DNA of 64,000 nucleotides from Gammaproteobacteria bacterium (GCA_030654835.1 JAURWS010000044.1:4964-68963), one strand, 5' to 3'; shown: positions 37,951 to 49,253, counted from the stretch's first letter. Numbers and translations: made by a program. Notes: generated by a model from the sequence alone, not told the origin.

Positions 37951-39171
37951 TCAGCGCAGTCCCTGCACCAGCCACTGTCCATTCAATCTGACTATTCTTC
38001 TGTCGCATCCGTGTGCCGCCTGAGATATGTCACCAGCAGCGGCGAGATCAACAACCACCCGCTCACCCTCATGACGCAGCTGAGCGATCAATAGCGCCAG
38101 CGCAGGTTCGTCGTCGCAAGGTGCCGATATGCCCTTGATGGCATCGAACTGCCTGCGACTCAAACGGGCAATGACCTTGAGGTCGGAGTCAAATCCGGAT
38201 GCCGGCCGCGCCCGACCGAACACCTGACCGATGTCATCATAGCGCCCACCCTGAGCGACCGCACGACCATAGCCGGGCGTATAGGCCGCAAACACAATCC
38301 CGGTGTGGTATTCATAGCCACGCAGCTCGCACAGATCGAACCCCAGACTGATAGCGGGCAGACGCTTCTTCACCCCGATCGCGATAGCCTCCAACTCCCC
38401 CAATTCCTTACGGACAGTGCTCGGCGCATTGCTGAAGGTGTCCAGGGCCTGCGTCAGCACGGATTCGTCACCGCTGAGTCTGGACAACTCGCGCAGCATG
38501 CTGCGGATGTCATCATCGTCCACCCGGCTGTCGAGCAGTGCGTCGATCTCCTCGAAGGCCTTGCGCTGCAAGGCGTCAAACAATTCCTTTTCGCTGTCTG
38601 AGGACAATTGCGCCGCTCTGACCAAACTGCGGAAAATTCCAACATGCCCGAGCACGACATGTATGTCGCCGATATTGGCAGCGCTCAGCGTCTCGTACAT
38701 CAGACAGATCAGTTCGATATCACAGCCCACGCCGGCGTGACCGAAGAGCTCCGCGCCGATGCGAATGGGCACCCGTGAGGCCAGCAGCCCGCGCGGCTTG
38801 GTATGCAAGACATGATCGGCGTAACACAACCGCACTGGCCCTTCGCGATTGGCGTCACCCTGCCTGGCCAGACAATGGGCATCGATGCGGGCCACCTGTG
38901 GTGTGATGTCGGCGCGCACGCCCATCATACGCCCGGTCAGCTGATCGGTAATCTTGAAGGTATGCAGATCCAGATCGTGGGACGAGCCTACAAGCAGTGA
39001 ATCGAGGTATTCGATCAGCGGCGTGATGACCAGCTCATAACCCCAGCCGGAGTAGAGATCGAGCAGCTGACGGCGCAAGGACTCCAGACGGAATGCCTCT
39101 GCCGGCAATATCTCCTCTACCCCTTCGGGCAGCAACCATCGATCACTCGCAGCCATCATCAAATCCTGCAC
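37951..39171 (-). CDS. hisZ: ATP phosphoribosyltransferase regulatory subunit
   Basis: HisRS-like fold without an anticodon domain (..WLLPEGVEEILP..YELVITPLIEY..). Conserved position between hflC and purA. Confidence 0.88.
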   Translation of the reverse strand: MQDLMMAASDRWLLPEGVEEILPAEAFRLESLRRQLLDLYSGWGYELVITPLIEYLDSLLVGSSHDLDLHTFKITDQLTGRMMGVRADITPQVARIDAHCLARQGDANREGPVRLCYADHVLHTKPRGLLASRVPIRIGAELFGHAGVGCDIELICLMYETLSAANIGDIHVVLGHVGIFRSLVRAAQLSSDSEKELFDALQRKAFEEIDALLDSRVDDDDIRSMLRELSRLSGDESVLTQALDTFSNAPSTVRKELGELEAIAIGVKKRLPAISLGFDLCELRGYEYHTGIVFAAYTPGYGRAVAQGGRYDDIGQVFGRARPASGFDSDLKVIARLSRRQFDAIKGISAPCDDEPALALLIAQLRHEGERVVVDLAAAGDISQAAHGCDRRIVRLNGQWLVQGLR

Positions 39172-39246
39172 TCTGTCTTTTTGGAAACCGGCTTTTTGAA
39201 AACCAGCCTTCGTCGTCGCGGCCGGATATTGTCCACCCTGCAGACG

Positions 39247-39282
39247 GAAAAAGACCAGCAGTAAAATAATTCACTGCTGGTC
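39247..39282 (-). terminator. rho-independent terminator after hflC
   Basis: On the minus strand, gaccagcag / 12-nt loop / ctgctggtc is followed by TTTTT. Confidence 0.7.
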
Positions 39283-39300
39283 TCACATCACTCATTCGAC

Positions 39301-40167
39301 TTACTGAACGGCGCTGCCACGCAGGTACTTGAAGTACTCACTGTCAGGATCCACCAGTAACACGTCGCCCTTGTTGGAGAAACTCTCCTGGTAGGAATTC
39401 AGGCTGCGTGTGAAGGCATAGAACTCCTCGTTCTTGGTGTAGGCCGCCGCATAGGTGGCGGCAGCTTGGGCGTCACCCTCACCGCGAATGCTTTCCGCAT
39501 CCCGGTAGGCCTCGACCAAGAGCACCGCTTCCTGCCTGTCCGCGTCGGCTTCGATACCAATGGCCAGCTCATTACCACGCGAACGCAGTTGCTGGGCCTC
39601 GCGCTGACGTTCGGAGGTCATCCGCTCGTACACAGAGGAACGCACATCCAGTGGCAACTCGATCTGCTTGACGCGCACATCGATCACTTCGATCCCGTAC
39701 TCGTCCGCCGTGGAGAGGTTAAGCTCCCTCGTCAATTCTTCCATCAGGAGGTCACGCTGCCCGGAAACCACTTCCTGCAGATCCCTCTCGCCAAACTTGT
39801 TGCGCAATCCATCATTGATACGCTGGGCAAGCAGGTTGCTGGTACGCGACTCCTCACCAGAGGTGGCGGTGTAGTACTTCTGGACGTCGACAATGCGCCA
39901 CTTGGCGAAAGAATCCACCACCAGCGCCTTTTGCTCCAGAGTCAGATAACGCTGCGCATCAGCCGTCACTGTCAGTACACGAGCATCAAACTTTCTAACC
40001 GTGTTCACCCACGGCATCTTGAAATGCAGCCCGGGCTCGAGGTCAGCTCGTTCCACAGTACCGAATCTCAGCAGAATGGCGCGTTCCGTTTCCTTGACCA
40101 CAAACATGGAATTGGAGCCGCCGACAATCAACAGAAACACGATCAAACCAGCCATCATATTCTTCAT
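39301..40167 (-). CDS. hflC: protease modulator HflC
   Basis: N-terminal TM helix plus an SPFH/band-7 domain. The start overlaps the hflK stop. Confidence 0.92.
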   Translation of the reverse strand: MKNMMAGLIVFLLIVGGSNSMFVVKETERAILLRFGTVERADLEPGLHFKMPWVNTVRKFDARVLTVTADAQRYLTLEQKALVVDSFAKWRIVDVQKYYTATSGEESRTSNLLAQRINDGLRNKFGERDLQEVVSGQRDLLMEELTRELNLSTADEYGIEVIDVRVKQIELPLDVRSSVYERMTSERQREAQQLRSRGNELAIGIEADADRQEAVLLVEAYRDAESIRGEGDAQAAATYAAAYTKNEEFYAFTRSLNSYQESFSNKGDVLLVDPDSEYFKYLRGSAVQ

Positions 40168-41372
40168 TATCGACCTCCTCGCTCGGGCACAGTCTGCACG
40201 CGCGCTCTGTCAGCGGCTGTGGTCTGCAGCTCTCTGGTCACCTGGTCAGACAACTCGCGTAATTGCTGAGCAGTCAGTTGAGCAGTTCCCGCAGCACGGT
40301 TTGCTTCACTCTGCTCCATGATTTTGTCGAGCGGCACGTAGAACATGTTGTTGCCACCCTCCACATCAATCAGCACCTTGCTGCTGTTGCTCATCACTGA
40401 CTGCATGGCGTCGATATACAGACGCTCGCGAGTGACCTCGGGCGCTTTCTCGTACTCAGCCAGCAATTGTTCGAACCGTGACGCTTCACCATCTGCACGG
40501 GCGATCACCTGATCCCGGTATGCATTCGCTTGTTCGATGATGCGCTGCGCCTCACCGCGCGCCACCGGAATGACGCGGTTGGCGTAGGCCAGTGCTTCGT
40601 TCTGCACACGCTGCTCATCCTCACGCGCCTTGATGACGTCGTCGAAGGCTCCCTGCACCGCATCGGGCGGCTGCGCGTTGCGCACCGTCACCTGAGAGAT
40701 CATGATCCCCGAATCGTAAGTGTCCATGTAACGCTGCAGCCTGTCGCGCACTTCTGCGGAGACATCGGCACGCCCCTGGGTGAGGACGCGATCCATGGTA
40801 GTACCGCCAACGACATGGCGGATTGCCGATTCGGCGGCATGGTCGAGACTCATTTCCGGGTCACGAACGACCATCACAAACTTCACGGGGTCCTGAATCA
40901 GGTACTGCACATCCATGGAAACATGGACGATATTTTCGTCGGTAGTGAGCATGTCTTTCGAGTAGGAGCGGGTGTTCACACGCGACACGTTGATCTTCTG
41001 CACGGAATCGACGCCTGGCGCATTCCAGCGCAGACCCGGCATCACGACTTCCTCGCGCAGAGCGCCAAAGCGCATGACCACGCCACGCTCGGATTCATCG
41101 ACGGTGTAGAAACCCAGCGCGGCCCAGATCACTACCACGATCACAATGATCCCGCCGAACAGCCCGGAAGGCATGGCAGCACCACCTGTGCCCGAGCCAC
41201 CTCCTGTGCTGCCACCGGATTTATTGCCGCCACCGAACAAACCATTGAGTTTGCGGGTAATGGTCTTGATCACCTCGTCCAGGTCGGGAGGCCCCTGATC
41301 GCCACCGCGACGGCCACCACCTCCCCAGGGGTCTTTATCATTACCTTTATTTCCAGGTTCATTCCAAGCCAT
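40167..41372 (-). CDS. hflK: FtsH protease activity modulator HflK
   Basis: MAWNEPGNKGNDKDPWGGGG.. Gly-rich N-terminus, a TM helix and an SPFH domain. Confidence 0.92.
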   Translation of the reverse strand: MAWNEPGNKGNDKDPWGGGGRRGGDQGPPDLDEVIKTITRKLNGLFGGGNKSGGSTGGGSGTGGAAMPSGLFGGIIVIVVVIWAALGFYTVDESERGVVMRFGALREEVVMPGLRWNAPGVDSVQKINVSRVNTRSYSKDMLTTDENIVHVSMDVQYLIQDPVKFVMVVRDPEMSLDHAAESAIRHVVGGTTMDRVLTQGRADVSAEVRDRLQRYMDTYDSGIMISQVTVRNAQPPDAVQGAFDDVIKAREDEQRVQNEALAYANRVIPVARGEAQRIIEQANAYRDQVIARADGEASRFEQLLAEYEKAPEVTRERLYIDAMQSVMSNSSKVLIDVEGGNNMFYVPLDKIMEQSEANRAAGTAQLTAQQLRELSDQVTRELQTTAADRARVQTVPERGGR

Positions 41373-41428
41373 CGGCTTCTCCATACCCCAAAGAAAATAC
41401 GGGGGTGATTTTAACGAATTATTGATGA

Positions 41429-42712
41429 TTAACCCAGCTCTTCAGGAGCAAGCCCTTCTTCCGCCAGCAGTCGATCAAAATCGTGACGGGGCAGGCTGAT
41501 GTCCAGGCTCACTCCGCCGTTTTCGTCCATTGTCTCGTGACGCACGGCGCCTTTGGCATAAAGCCTGGCTCGCAGTCGGCCATGCGCGGGCAACAGGGTC
41601 AGCGTGCGCTGCACAACGTCTTCACCCAGCAGCTCGCTGATGGCGGCAAGCAGAATATCGATACCCGCTCCTGTGCGCGCAGACACCCAGATTCGCACCG
41701 GCTTGCCTTCTTCGTTGCGCTCCAGCATCGGCAGCCTGTCCGGCAACAGATCAATTTTGTTGTAAACCAACAGACAAGGGACCTGATCGGCACCAATTTC
41801 TGTCAGCACCTCGTTCACCTGCCCGGTAAGATATTCATGGTTCTCATTTGCCGCATCAATGACATGCAGCAGCAGCGCGGCCTGCGTGGTCTCTTCCAGG
41901 GTCGCCCGGAACGCTTCCACCAGCTTGTGCGGAAGGTGGCTGATGAAACCGACGGTGTCGGCGAGGATGGCTCCGCCAAAATTCGGCAGCTGTATGCGCC
42001 GCAATGTGGAATCCAGCGTGGCAAAGAGTTGGTCGGCTGCGTAAGTGTTCTCTCCAGCCATGGCATTGAAGAGCGATGACTTGCCGGCGTTGGTGTAGCC
42101 CACCAGAGAGATAGTTGGAATTTCGGCACGTTGCCGGGAGCGACGCCCCTGCTCACGCTGGCCGCGCACCTTGATCAGCGCCTTGTTGATGTTCTTGATG
42201 CGCTGGCGAATCATGCGCTGGTCGAGTTCCAGCTGAGTCTCGCCGGCACCCTTCAGACCGATGCCGCCCTTTTGGCGATCCAGGTGAGTCCAGCCCCGCT
42301 TGAGACGGGTCACCGTATGCTCCAGCTGCGCCAGCTCTACCTGCAGCTTGCCTTCATAACTGCGGGCACGCTGCGCGAAGATATCCAGAATAATCCCTGT
42401 GCGATCCAGCACACGACATTCCAGACGCTTTTCGAGATTGCGCTCCTGACTGGGCGTCAAGGCATGATTGAACAAGACAAGTTCTGCCTGATGCTCTTTC
42501 ACGGCGGCCGCAATCTCGTCGAGCTTCCCTGATCCGACGAAGTGCCCTGCATCAGGTCGTTTGCGGGTGCCTTTTATAAAACAGACGGGAACGGCGCCCG
42601 CAGAGAGCACCAGTTCTTCAAATTCGAGAGGATCCTCCTGGTCATGCTCTGCTTCCAGAGCAATATGCACGAGGATTGCGGTTTCACCGCGATCAGGCCT
42701 TTCAAAGAACAA
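41429..42712 (-). CDS. hflX: GTPase HflX
   Basis: G1 motif GYTNAGKSSLFN, DTVGF and NKID, with the HflX N-terminal domain. Confidence 0.93.
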   Translation of the reverse strand: MFFERPDRGETAILVHIALEAEHDQEDPLEFEELVLSAGAVPVCFIKGTRKRPDAGHFVGSGKLDEIAAAVKEHQAELVLFNHALTPSQERNLEKRLECRVLDRTGIILDIFAQRARSYEGKLQVELAQLEHTVTRLKRGWTHLDRQKGGIGLKGAGETQLELDQRMIRQRIKNINKALIKVRGQREQGRRSRQRAEIPTISLVGYTNAGKSSLFNAMAGENTYAADQLFATLDSTLRRIQLPNFGGAILADTVGFISHLPHKLVEAFRATLEETTQAALLLHVIDAANENHEYLTGQVNEVLTEIGADQVPCLLVYNKIDLLPDRLPMLERNEEGKPVRIWVSARTGAGIDILLAAISELLGEDVVQRTLTLLPAHGRLRARLYAKGAVRHETMDENGGVSLDISLPRHDFDRLLAEEGLAPEELG

Positions 42713-42726
42713 AAATCAACCTCACG

Positions 42727-43002
42727 TCAGGCAACATTTCCTGGCGCAGTTTCCTCGTCGTCCAGCTGGAACTCTCCCGAACTCTGTGTCGGAATCTTCA
42801 CTGAGCGCGCCGGAACAACCGTGGATATGGCGTGTTTGTAGACCATCTGATTCACGGCGTTTTTCAACAGAATCACGAACTGATCGAATGACTCGATCTG
42901 ACCCTGCAGCTTGATGCCGCTCACGAGATAGATAGAGACGGGGATGCGCTCCTTGCGAAGCACGTTCAAGAAAGGGTCTTGTAACGAATGCCCCTTTGAC
43001 AT
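42727..43002 (-). CDS. hfq: RNA chaperone Hfq
   Basis: [48 protein letters not shown].. Confidence 0.97.
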   Translation of the reverse strand: MSKGHSLQDPFLNVLRKERIPVSIYLVSGIKLQGQIESFDQFVILLKNAVNQMVYKHAISTVVPARSVKIPTQSSGEFQLDDEETAPGNVA

Positions 43003-43066
43003 TTACTCTCTCCTTAACCATTTAAATACAGCTGGAAAAACCCAGCAATTTGCTTCCAAAGACTCC

Positions 43067-44032
43067 CTATATTGCGACCTGCTCTATCGATTTCAAGACC
43101 AGATCCAAAGTTTCGGGGTTCTCACTGTCAAAGTTACGCAATTCTTCCCAGCTGCGAAGCCAGGTCATCTGCCTTTTAGCCAGCTGCCTCGTGGCAATAA
43201 TACCCGTTTCCAGCATAGCATCAAAGCTCAATTCACCCGCGATGTACTGCCATATCTGACGATAGCCGACTGAACGCATCGAAGGCATACTCAGGTCAAG
43301 ATCGCCCCGCCCCATCAAGGCTTCCACTTCTTCGACAAAACCATCAGCAATCATCTGGTGAAAACGTCGCGCGATCTTTTCATGCAGCACGCTGCGTAGA
43401 CCCGGTTGGATCGAAAAAAAGTGCAGATCAAACGGAATAGTGCTCTCGGCACGCTGACCGGTTTCTTCCTGATGGAACTCGGTCATGGTTTTGCCGGAGA
43501 TCAGATAAATCTCCAGAGCACGTTGCAGACGCTGCGGATCATTCGGGTGAATGCGGCGTGCCGACTCCGGATCCACCTCCTGCAACCGCTCGTGAACGGC
43601 TGCCCACCCCTGCGCCTCGGCGATATCAAGAATATGCTGACGCACATCGGCATCTGCAGCCGGCATGCTCGCGAGCCCATCGCGCAGCGCCTTGAAATAC
43701 ATCATGGTGCCGCCAACCAGCAAGGGAATTCTGCCGCTGTCACGAATGCTGGCCATCTCGCGCAGTGCATCGTCGCGAAACTGTGACACCGAATACGCTT
43801 GGGCTGGGTCGAGTATATCGAGCAGCCGGTGCGGGGCTCTGAGCAAGGTCTGGGTATCAGGCTTGCCGGTGCCGATATTCATGCCTCGATAAATCTGTGC
43901 CGAGTCAACATTGATGATTTCACAGGGCAACCTCTGCACCAGTTCTATGGCCAGATTGGTCTTCCCGGATGCCGTCGGCCCCATAAGACAGATGGCAGGC
44001 GTACGCGCTCCATTTGTCGAAGGCGAGACCAT
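43067..44032 (-). CDS. miaA: tRNA dimethylallyltransferase
   Basis: P-loop GPTASGKT, ..[16 protein letters not shown]... The start was trimmed to MVSPS (44032), because the longer track ORF runs into the murI upstream region. Confidence 0.9.
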   Translation of the reverse strand: MVSPSTNGARTPAICLMGPTASGKTNLAIELVQRLPCEIINVDSAQIYRGMNIGTGKPDTQTLLRAPHRLLDILDPAQAYSVSQFRDDALREMASIRDSGRIPLLVGGTMMYFKALRDGLASMPAADADVRQHILDIAEAQGWAAVHERLQEVDPESARRIHPNDPQRLQRALEIYLISGKTMTEFHQEETGQRAESTIPFDLHFFSIQPGLRSVLHEKIARRFHQMIADGFVEEVEALMGRGDLDLSMPSMRSVGYRQIWQYIAGELSFDAMLETGIIATRQLAKRQMTWLRSWEELRNFDSENPETLDLVLKSIEQVAI

Positions 44033-44250
44033 ATGAGCGGAGGAAGACGAGGCGGACATCAGCGAGCAACTCGGATTGGAACTGGGTCCACAGGATACCA
44101 GAAGCGGAGCACAGCGTTGACTCCAACGCACATTGCAGGCGGATGGCCTCGGTGAAAAACCTCTGGAGGCTGCTATACTTCTCCGCGACCATTCGCCCAG
44201 ACACCCGGACAGCCATCGGTTCAAATCACACGAATGCGCCGCAGACATCC

Positions 44251-45081
44251 ATGAGCAACCAATCAACAGGCGTTTTCGACTCCGGCATCGGAGGACTCTC
44301 AACACTCCGGGAGTTGCGCAGACAATTGCCCCACGAGCACTTTCTCTACGTCGCCGATCTGGCGTGGTCACCCTATGGCAACAAGTCTGTGGCCTTGCTG
44401 CAGGAGCGCGCCGCTCACCTCTGTGATTTTCTGGTACAGCGAGAGTCGAAGGCAGTCGTCATCGCCTGCAACACGGCGACCGCAGCAGCCGTTCATCAAT
44501 TACGCGAGCGCTACACATTGCCCATCATTGGCGTGGAGCCGGGCATCAAGCCCGCCACCACCCGAACCCTATCGGGCGTAGTGGGCATCCTCGCCACCCA
44601 GAGAACCATCGACAGCGAGAAATTCCAGACACTGGTGAGCCAGTTCAGCCACGACACCGAGATCGTCTTGCAGCCATGCCCGGGGCTGGCCGAAGCCATC
44701 GACGAGGGACAACACCAGTCGACTCTGCGCGCGCAGTTATTGCGGCATTTCACGGCTCCGCTGCTGGCACGCGGGGCAGACACCCTGGTACTCGGCTGTA
44801 CGCACTATCCGCTGATCATGGAGGAAATTCGCGAGAGCCTGGCAGCGCAGGGGCACGAGAACGTGCAATTGATCGACACCAGTGAAGCCATTGCCCGTCA
44901 GGTGGTGAGACAACTGGAGCGCAACCACTCGCTCAATCAGGAGCGCACGCGCGGTACAGTCCAGTTCTTCAGTACAGACATTGCCACGGCAGAGAATCCC
45001 GCGCAGCGCGCGAGAGTATTAAGCGAAGTCTTTTCCTATTACTGGGGAGAAAGCATCAGCGTCGCCGCCCTGCCTGATTGA
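44251..45081 (+). CDS. murI: glutamate racemase
   Basis: [18 protein letters not shown] and LGCTHYP catalytic-Cys motifs. The start is at MSNQSTG. Confidence 0.9.
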   Translation: MSNQSTGVFDSGIGGLSTLRELRRQLPHEHFLYVADLAWSPYGNKSVALLQERAAHLCDFLVQRESKAVVIACNTATAAAVHQLRERYTLPIIGVEPGIKPATTRTLSGVVGILATQRTIDSEKFQTLVSQFSHDTEIVLQPCPGLAEAIDEGQHQSTLRAQLLRHFTAPLLARGADTLVLGCTHYPLIMEEIRESLAAQGHENVQLIDTSEAIARQVVRQLERNHSLNQERTRGTVQFFSTDIATAENPAQRARVLSEVFSYYWGESISVAALPD

Positions 45082-45102
45082 TGTGATGGCGCGGGTGTTC
45101 GT

Positions 45103-46992
45103 CTACTGCCCACGCAGGAACAATTTGTCCAGCTGATCGAGACTCTGCAAGACCCATGTCGGACGACCATGGTTGCACTGCCCACTGCGCTCCGTCCGCT
45201 CCATGTCGCGCAACAGCGCATTCATCTCGGCAATACTCAACTGACGATTGGCCCTGACTGATCCGTGACAAGCCATAGTGGCCAGCAATTCATCCTGATA
45301 ATTGCGGATGCGTTCGCTGCTGCCATGCTCCAGCACATCGGACAGCACGTCCCTGACCAGTTGTTCGATATTGGCCCCGGCGAGAATCACCGGAATCTGC
45401 CGCACCACGATCGACTCCGCCGCCGCACGCTCGATGCCAACCCCAAGCGCCAGCAATGCCTCGGCCTGCTGCTCGGCACAGTCGGCCTCGGCCTGACTGA
45501 CCGCGATGGACAGCGGCACCAGCAGTGGCTGCGCCTTGATGCCTTCACTCTGACAGGCACTCTTCATGTGTTCGTAAGTGATGCGCTCGTGCGCCGCGTG
45601 CATGTCGACAATGATCAGCCCTTGCGCGTTCTGCGCGAGGATATAAATTCCATGCAGCTGGGCGATGGCGAACCCAAGTGGAGGAACATCGTCATCATTC
45701 TGAAGCCGGGCATACGCAGCGACCTGTTCGGCCACCCGCTGCTGACTGACCGGTCCGGAATAGCCCGCGCTGAACGAAGAAAATTGATTCGACTGCAACG
45801 GTGTCGGCGACGAACCAAAAGTGCCTGCAAAACTGATGCGCTCCTGACCCGCAAAGTCTCCGGTGAGTTCTGCGCTGCGTTCGACTGAGGCATACCCCGG
45901 AGCAGAAACTACACCCTCACCATTCACGGACTCTCCATTCACGGACTCGCCGTTGATAGCCTCCGCGCCCAGACGATCCTGCGGACGCACGCTCGCGAGC
46001 GCCTTGTGCAAGGCCCGGAACAGGAAGTCATGCACCAGCCTGCCGTCACGGAAGCGCACTTCGTGCTTGGTCGGATGCACATTGACATCGACCAGTGCGG
46101 GCTGCAATTCCAGATACAGAACGAACGCCGGATGACGACCGTGAAAGAGTACGTCCTGGTACGCTTGCTTGACGGCGTGACTCACCAGCTTGTCGCGGAT
46201 GATGCGGCCATTGACGTAGAAGTATTGCAGGTCCGCCTGGCTACGCGAAAAAGTCGGCAGGCTCACCCAGCCCCACAGCCGCAAGCCGGAGGCCTCGATA
46301 TCGATTTGAATCGAGTTCTCCACGAACGCCGGACCACACACCAGCGCCACACGACGCTGCTGTTCCTGCACGCTTAGCGCCGCATGCAGATGCTGAATGA
46401 CCCGTTGATTGTGACGCAGGCTGAAGGCGACGTCGAAGCGGCTGAGAGCGAGCCGCTTCACCACTTCTTCGAGACGATCGAATTCGGTTTTTTCGGTGCG
46501 CAGAAACTTCTTGCGCGCGGGTGTGTTGAAAAAGAGATCGCGCACCTCTACCGTCGTGCCCTGCGGATGCGCGGCAGGAGAAACTGCTGTGCTCATCTCC
46601 TGCCCCTCAGCCTCGACTCGCCAAGCCGTCTCGTCGGTGGCCGCCCGCGCGCGCGAAATCAATTCCAGTCGCGAGACAGAACAAATGCTGGCGAGCGCCT
46701 CGCCGCGAAACCCGAGACTCGCAATATTCTCTAGATCGTCGAGATTGGCGATCTTGCTGGTGGCGTGGCGGCTGAGCGCCAGCCCGAGATCATCTTTGAC
46801 GATGCCCGCGCCATTGTCACGAATGCGGATGAGTTTGCTGCCGCCCTGTTCGATGTCGATCTCGACGCGGTCGGCACCGGCATCCAGACAATTTTCGAGC
46901 AGTTCCTTGACGACAGAGGCAGGTCGTTCAACGACCTCTCCGGCGGCAATCTGGTTCGCCAGGCGTTGGCTTAGAAGGGCAATGCGGGTCAT
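45103..46992 (-). CDS. mutL: DNA mismatch repair endonuclease MutL
   Basis: [30 protein letters not shown] and [10 protein letters not shown], with a C-terminal dimerisation domain. The linker carries an in-frame NGESV repeat. Confidence 0.95.
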   Translation of the reverse strand: MTRIALLSQRLANQIAAGEVVERPASVVKELLENCLDAGADRVEIDIEQGGSKLIRIRDNGAGIVKDDLGLALSRHATSKIANLDDLENIASLGFRGEALASICSVSRLELISRARAATDETAWRVEAEGQEMSTAVSPAAHPQGTTVEVRDLFFNTPARKKFLRTEKTEFDRLEEVVKRLALSRFDVAFSLRHNQRVIQHLHAALSVQEQQRRVALVCGPAFVENSIQIDIEASGLRLWGWVSLPTFSRSQADLQYFYVNGRIIRDKLVSHAVKQAYQDVLFHGRHPAFVLYLELQPALVDVNVHPTKHEVRFRDGRLVHDFLFRALHKALASVRPQDRLGAEAINGESVNGESVNGEGVVSAPGYASVERSAELTGDFAGQERISFAGTFGSSPTPLQSNQFSSFSAGYSGPVSQQRVAEQVAAYARLQNDDDVPPLGFAIAQLHGIYILAQNAQGLIIVDMHAAHERITYEHMKSACQSEGIKAQPLLVPLSIAVSQAEADCAEQQAEALLALGVGIERAAAESIVVRQIPVILAGANIEQLVRDVLSDVLEHGSSERIRNYQDELLATMACHGSVRANRQLSIAEMNALLRDMERTERSGQCNHGRPTWVLQSLDQLDKLFLRGQ

Positions 46993-47025
46993 GGTGGCTT
47001 GCGACCGGTGGTCGCCCTCGAATCA

Positions 47026-48642
47026 TCAGGGGGCAGGAATCTTCAGGACCTGACCGACGTGGATAACATCATTGCGCAGATTGTTGGCATTGCGCAGGCT
47101 GGCCAGACTGACGCGATAACGCGCGGCAATGCCCGACAGCGTCTCACCTAGAACGGTCTTGTGCTCCACCGCCAAAGGCTCCTGCACGGAGCGTGAACCT
47201 GCGCCGGGAATAGTCAGCTCCTGACCCAGTTGCACCACATCACCGCGCAGACTGTTGGCTTCCCGCAGGGCGCTCGTCGTCACCCCATAGCGTTGCGCAA
47301 TCATGGACAGACTGTCGCCGCGCACGACGACGTGGTTGCCCGCCAGATTCGATCCCGCGAGTGTCGGTGCAATATTATTCGCTTTCTGCCACGCCACCAG
47401 CGTGTCTTCCGGAGGCCTGTCGTAGAAATAGCGCATGACGCCCTGCACGACGCCATCCGCCAGACGACGTTGATAGGCGGCAGAGTTGAGCTGCTTCGCC
47501 TCGTCCGGGTTAGAGAGATAACCCGTTTCAATCAGGAGTGATGGAATATCGGGCGAGCGCAATACCCAGAGATTGCCCTGCTGGGTCTTGTCACGTCGCA
47601 GCGTCGCTACGGAACTCAGGGAATTCAGAATATAGGAGCCAGCCGTCACACTCTGCTCGATGCTCCAGGCCATGGAGAGGTCCAGCAGCGTGCGTGCCAG
47701 GTCATCCTCGATATCGCGCAGGCTGGTGTCACCCGCAACACCGCCCAGCAGGTCCGCGCTGTTTTCCTTCTCGGCCACACGGCGCACGTTTTCATCCCCG
47801 GCGATGCGCTCGGAGAGCGCGTACACCGTGACGCCCTCGGCACGTGTCGTGCTGAAAGAATCCGCATGAATGGAGAGGAAAATGTCGGCGCGATTCTGCC
47901 TGGCTATCTGCGGCCTGCGCTGCAGTTGCACGGAGTAATCGCCATCGCGCACCAGCACCGGCTGATAACCCGGCACCGCCTCCAGCCGATCAAAAATGGC
48001 GCGCGCAATGGCCAGCGCTATGTCTTTTTCACGAATGCGTTTGTCGTAGCCGAGCGCGCCGGGGTCTTCCCCGCCATGGCCGGCATCGATGGCCACGATG
48101 ATGTCACGCTGCTGGATTTCCTCCGGCCGCTCCGCCATCTCCAGATCGGGAATGGCCGGCACCACACCTGCGTCATAAAGATCGACGACCAGCCTGTCTT
48201 TCAGCTCACCATTCGCAGCCAGCATGAAACTGCTGGGGTTCACGCCGTTGGCGAGATCCAGCACGATGCGCAGATCCGCATCCGCACGCTTGCCGCTGCG
48301 CATGCCGGTCACGGGGCTGTCCTTGAAATCCAGACGCGACAGATCCGTCTGCATCGCGACACCAGTCAGATCAATCACAACGCGGTGTGGATTTTCGAGA
48401 ACGAAGACACTGTACTTGACCTGACGATCCAGATCGAAGACCACGCGCGTGTAGTCGGGGGCACGCCACAAGCGCACCTCCTGCACCTTGGCTTGCTGAC
48501 TCTCAGTCTGTTCTGCTGCGGCCGCCGACGCCTGCCCTGCGAAAAATCCGCCTGGCAACAACGCCAATGAGCAGACCAGCAGGAGCAACGCCATGACGAG
48601 GCGCTGCAACGCGGTGCTGTAGGGTTTGGCTTGCAACTTCAT
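47026..48642 (-). CDS. amiB: N-acetylmuramoyl-L-alanine amidase with AMIN and two LysM domains
   Basis: Signal peptide, amidase_3 motif IDAGHGGEDPGA, and two C-terminal LysM repeats (..VRGDSLSMIAQRY.., ..LGETLSGIAARY..). Confidence 0.9.
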   Translation of the reverse strand: MKLQAKPYSTALQRLVMALLLLVCSLALLPGGFFAGQASAAAAEQTESQQAKVQEVRLWRAPDYTRVVFDLDRQVKYSVFVLENPHRVVIDLTGVAMQTDLSRLDFKDSPVTGMRSGKRADADLRIVLDLANGVNPSSFMLAANGELKDRLVVDLYDAGVVPAIPDLEMAERPEEIQQRDIIVAIDAGHGGEDPGALGYDKRIREKDIALAIARAIFDRLEAVPGYQPVLVRDGDYSVQLQRRPQIARQNRADIFLSIHADSFSTTRAEGVTVYALSERIAGDENVRRVAEKENSADLLGGVAGDTSLRDIEDDLARTLLDLSMAWSIEQSVTAGSYILNSLSSVATLRRDKTQQGNLWVLRSPDIPSLLIETGYLSNPDEAKQLNSAAYQRRLADGVVQGVMRYFYDRPPEDTLVAWQKANNIAPTLAGSNLAGNHVVVRGDSLSMIAQRYGVTTSALREANSLRGDVVQLGQELTIPGAGSRSVQEPLAVEHKTVLGETLSGIAARYRVSLASLRNANNLRNDVIHVGQVLKIPAP

Positions 48643-49199
48643 ACTGGATTGATTCCGGTCTGCTTCCGCGCCAACAAGTCGGATAATTTTTTCACAATAC
48701 TCTCTCCACGGGGCGAACGAGGCTGCCAGTGAACAATCCTACCCGCTCCTTCATGCGACAGGCTGATCTCCAGGTCGGGCGCGGGCAGATAGCCTTTGCC
48801 CTTCTCGGCCCACTCGATGACGCACAGGTTAGTCTCGTCGAAATATTCTCCAACCCCAAGAAATTCTACCTCTTCCGGGTCCGCCAGGCGGTACAGGTCG
48901 AAGTGGTAAAGATTGCAGCCCGGCTGCTCATAAGGCTCCACCAGAGTGTAGGTCGGGCTCTTCACCGCCCCTTCGATCCCATAACCCCGAACCAGTCCGC
49001 GAGTCAGCGTCGTCTTGCCCGCGCCGAGGTCACCGGAAAGGAAAATTCTGCCGCCAAGTGTAGCACGGACATCGGGCTCGCCCGACCCGGCACTCGCCCC
49101 AGACGTGGACTGCGGCCCGCGCTGCGTAGCCTGCGCCAGCAGACGACCGAATCTTTCGGTCGCCGCTTCATCCACCAGATATCGCACTTCCTCACCCAT
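48639..49199 (-). CDS. tsaE: tRNA t6A biosynthesis ATPase TsaE
   Basis: GDLGAGKTTLTRG Walker A, ..SPTYTLVEPY.. The start is uncertain between 49199 and 49229. There is a low-complexity insert before the P-loop. Confidence 0.85.
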   Translation of the reverse strand: MGEEVRYLVDEAATERFGRLLAQATQRGPQSTSGASAGSGEPDVRATLGGRIFLSGDLGAGKTTLTRGLVRGYGIEGAVKSPTYTLVEPYEQPGCNLYHFDLYRLADPEEVEFLGVGEYFDETNLCVIEWAEKGKGYLPAPDLEISLSHEGAGRIVHWQPRSPRGESIVKKLSDLLARKQTGINPV

Positions 49200-49253
49200 G
49201 ACCGCCTTCCAACCCCTCTTGTTTCTCATCGCTAACAGGCGCAGCCCGATCGA

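Noticed and set aside
39177-39207. Direct repeat ctttttggaaaccgg / ctttttgaaaaccagcc just upstream of hisZ
   Set aside because: There are only two imperfect copies, and they overlap the hflC terminator-distal or hisZ leader region. There is no basis for assigning a function.
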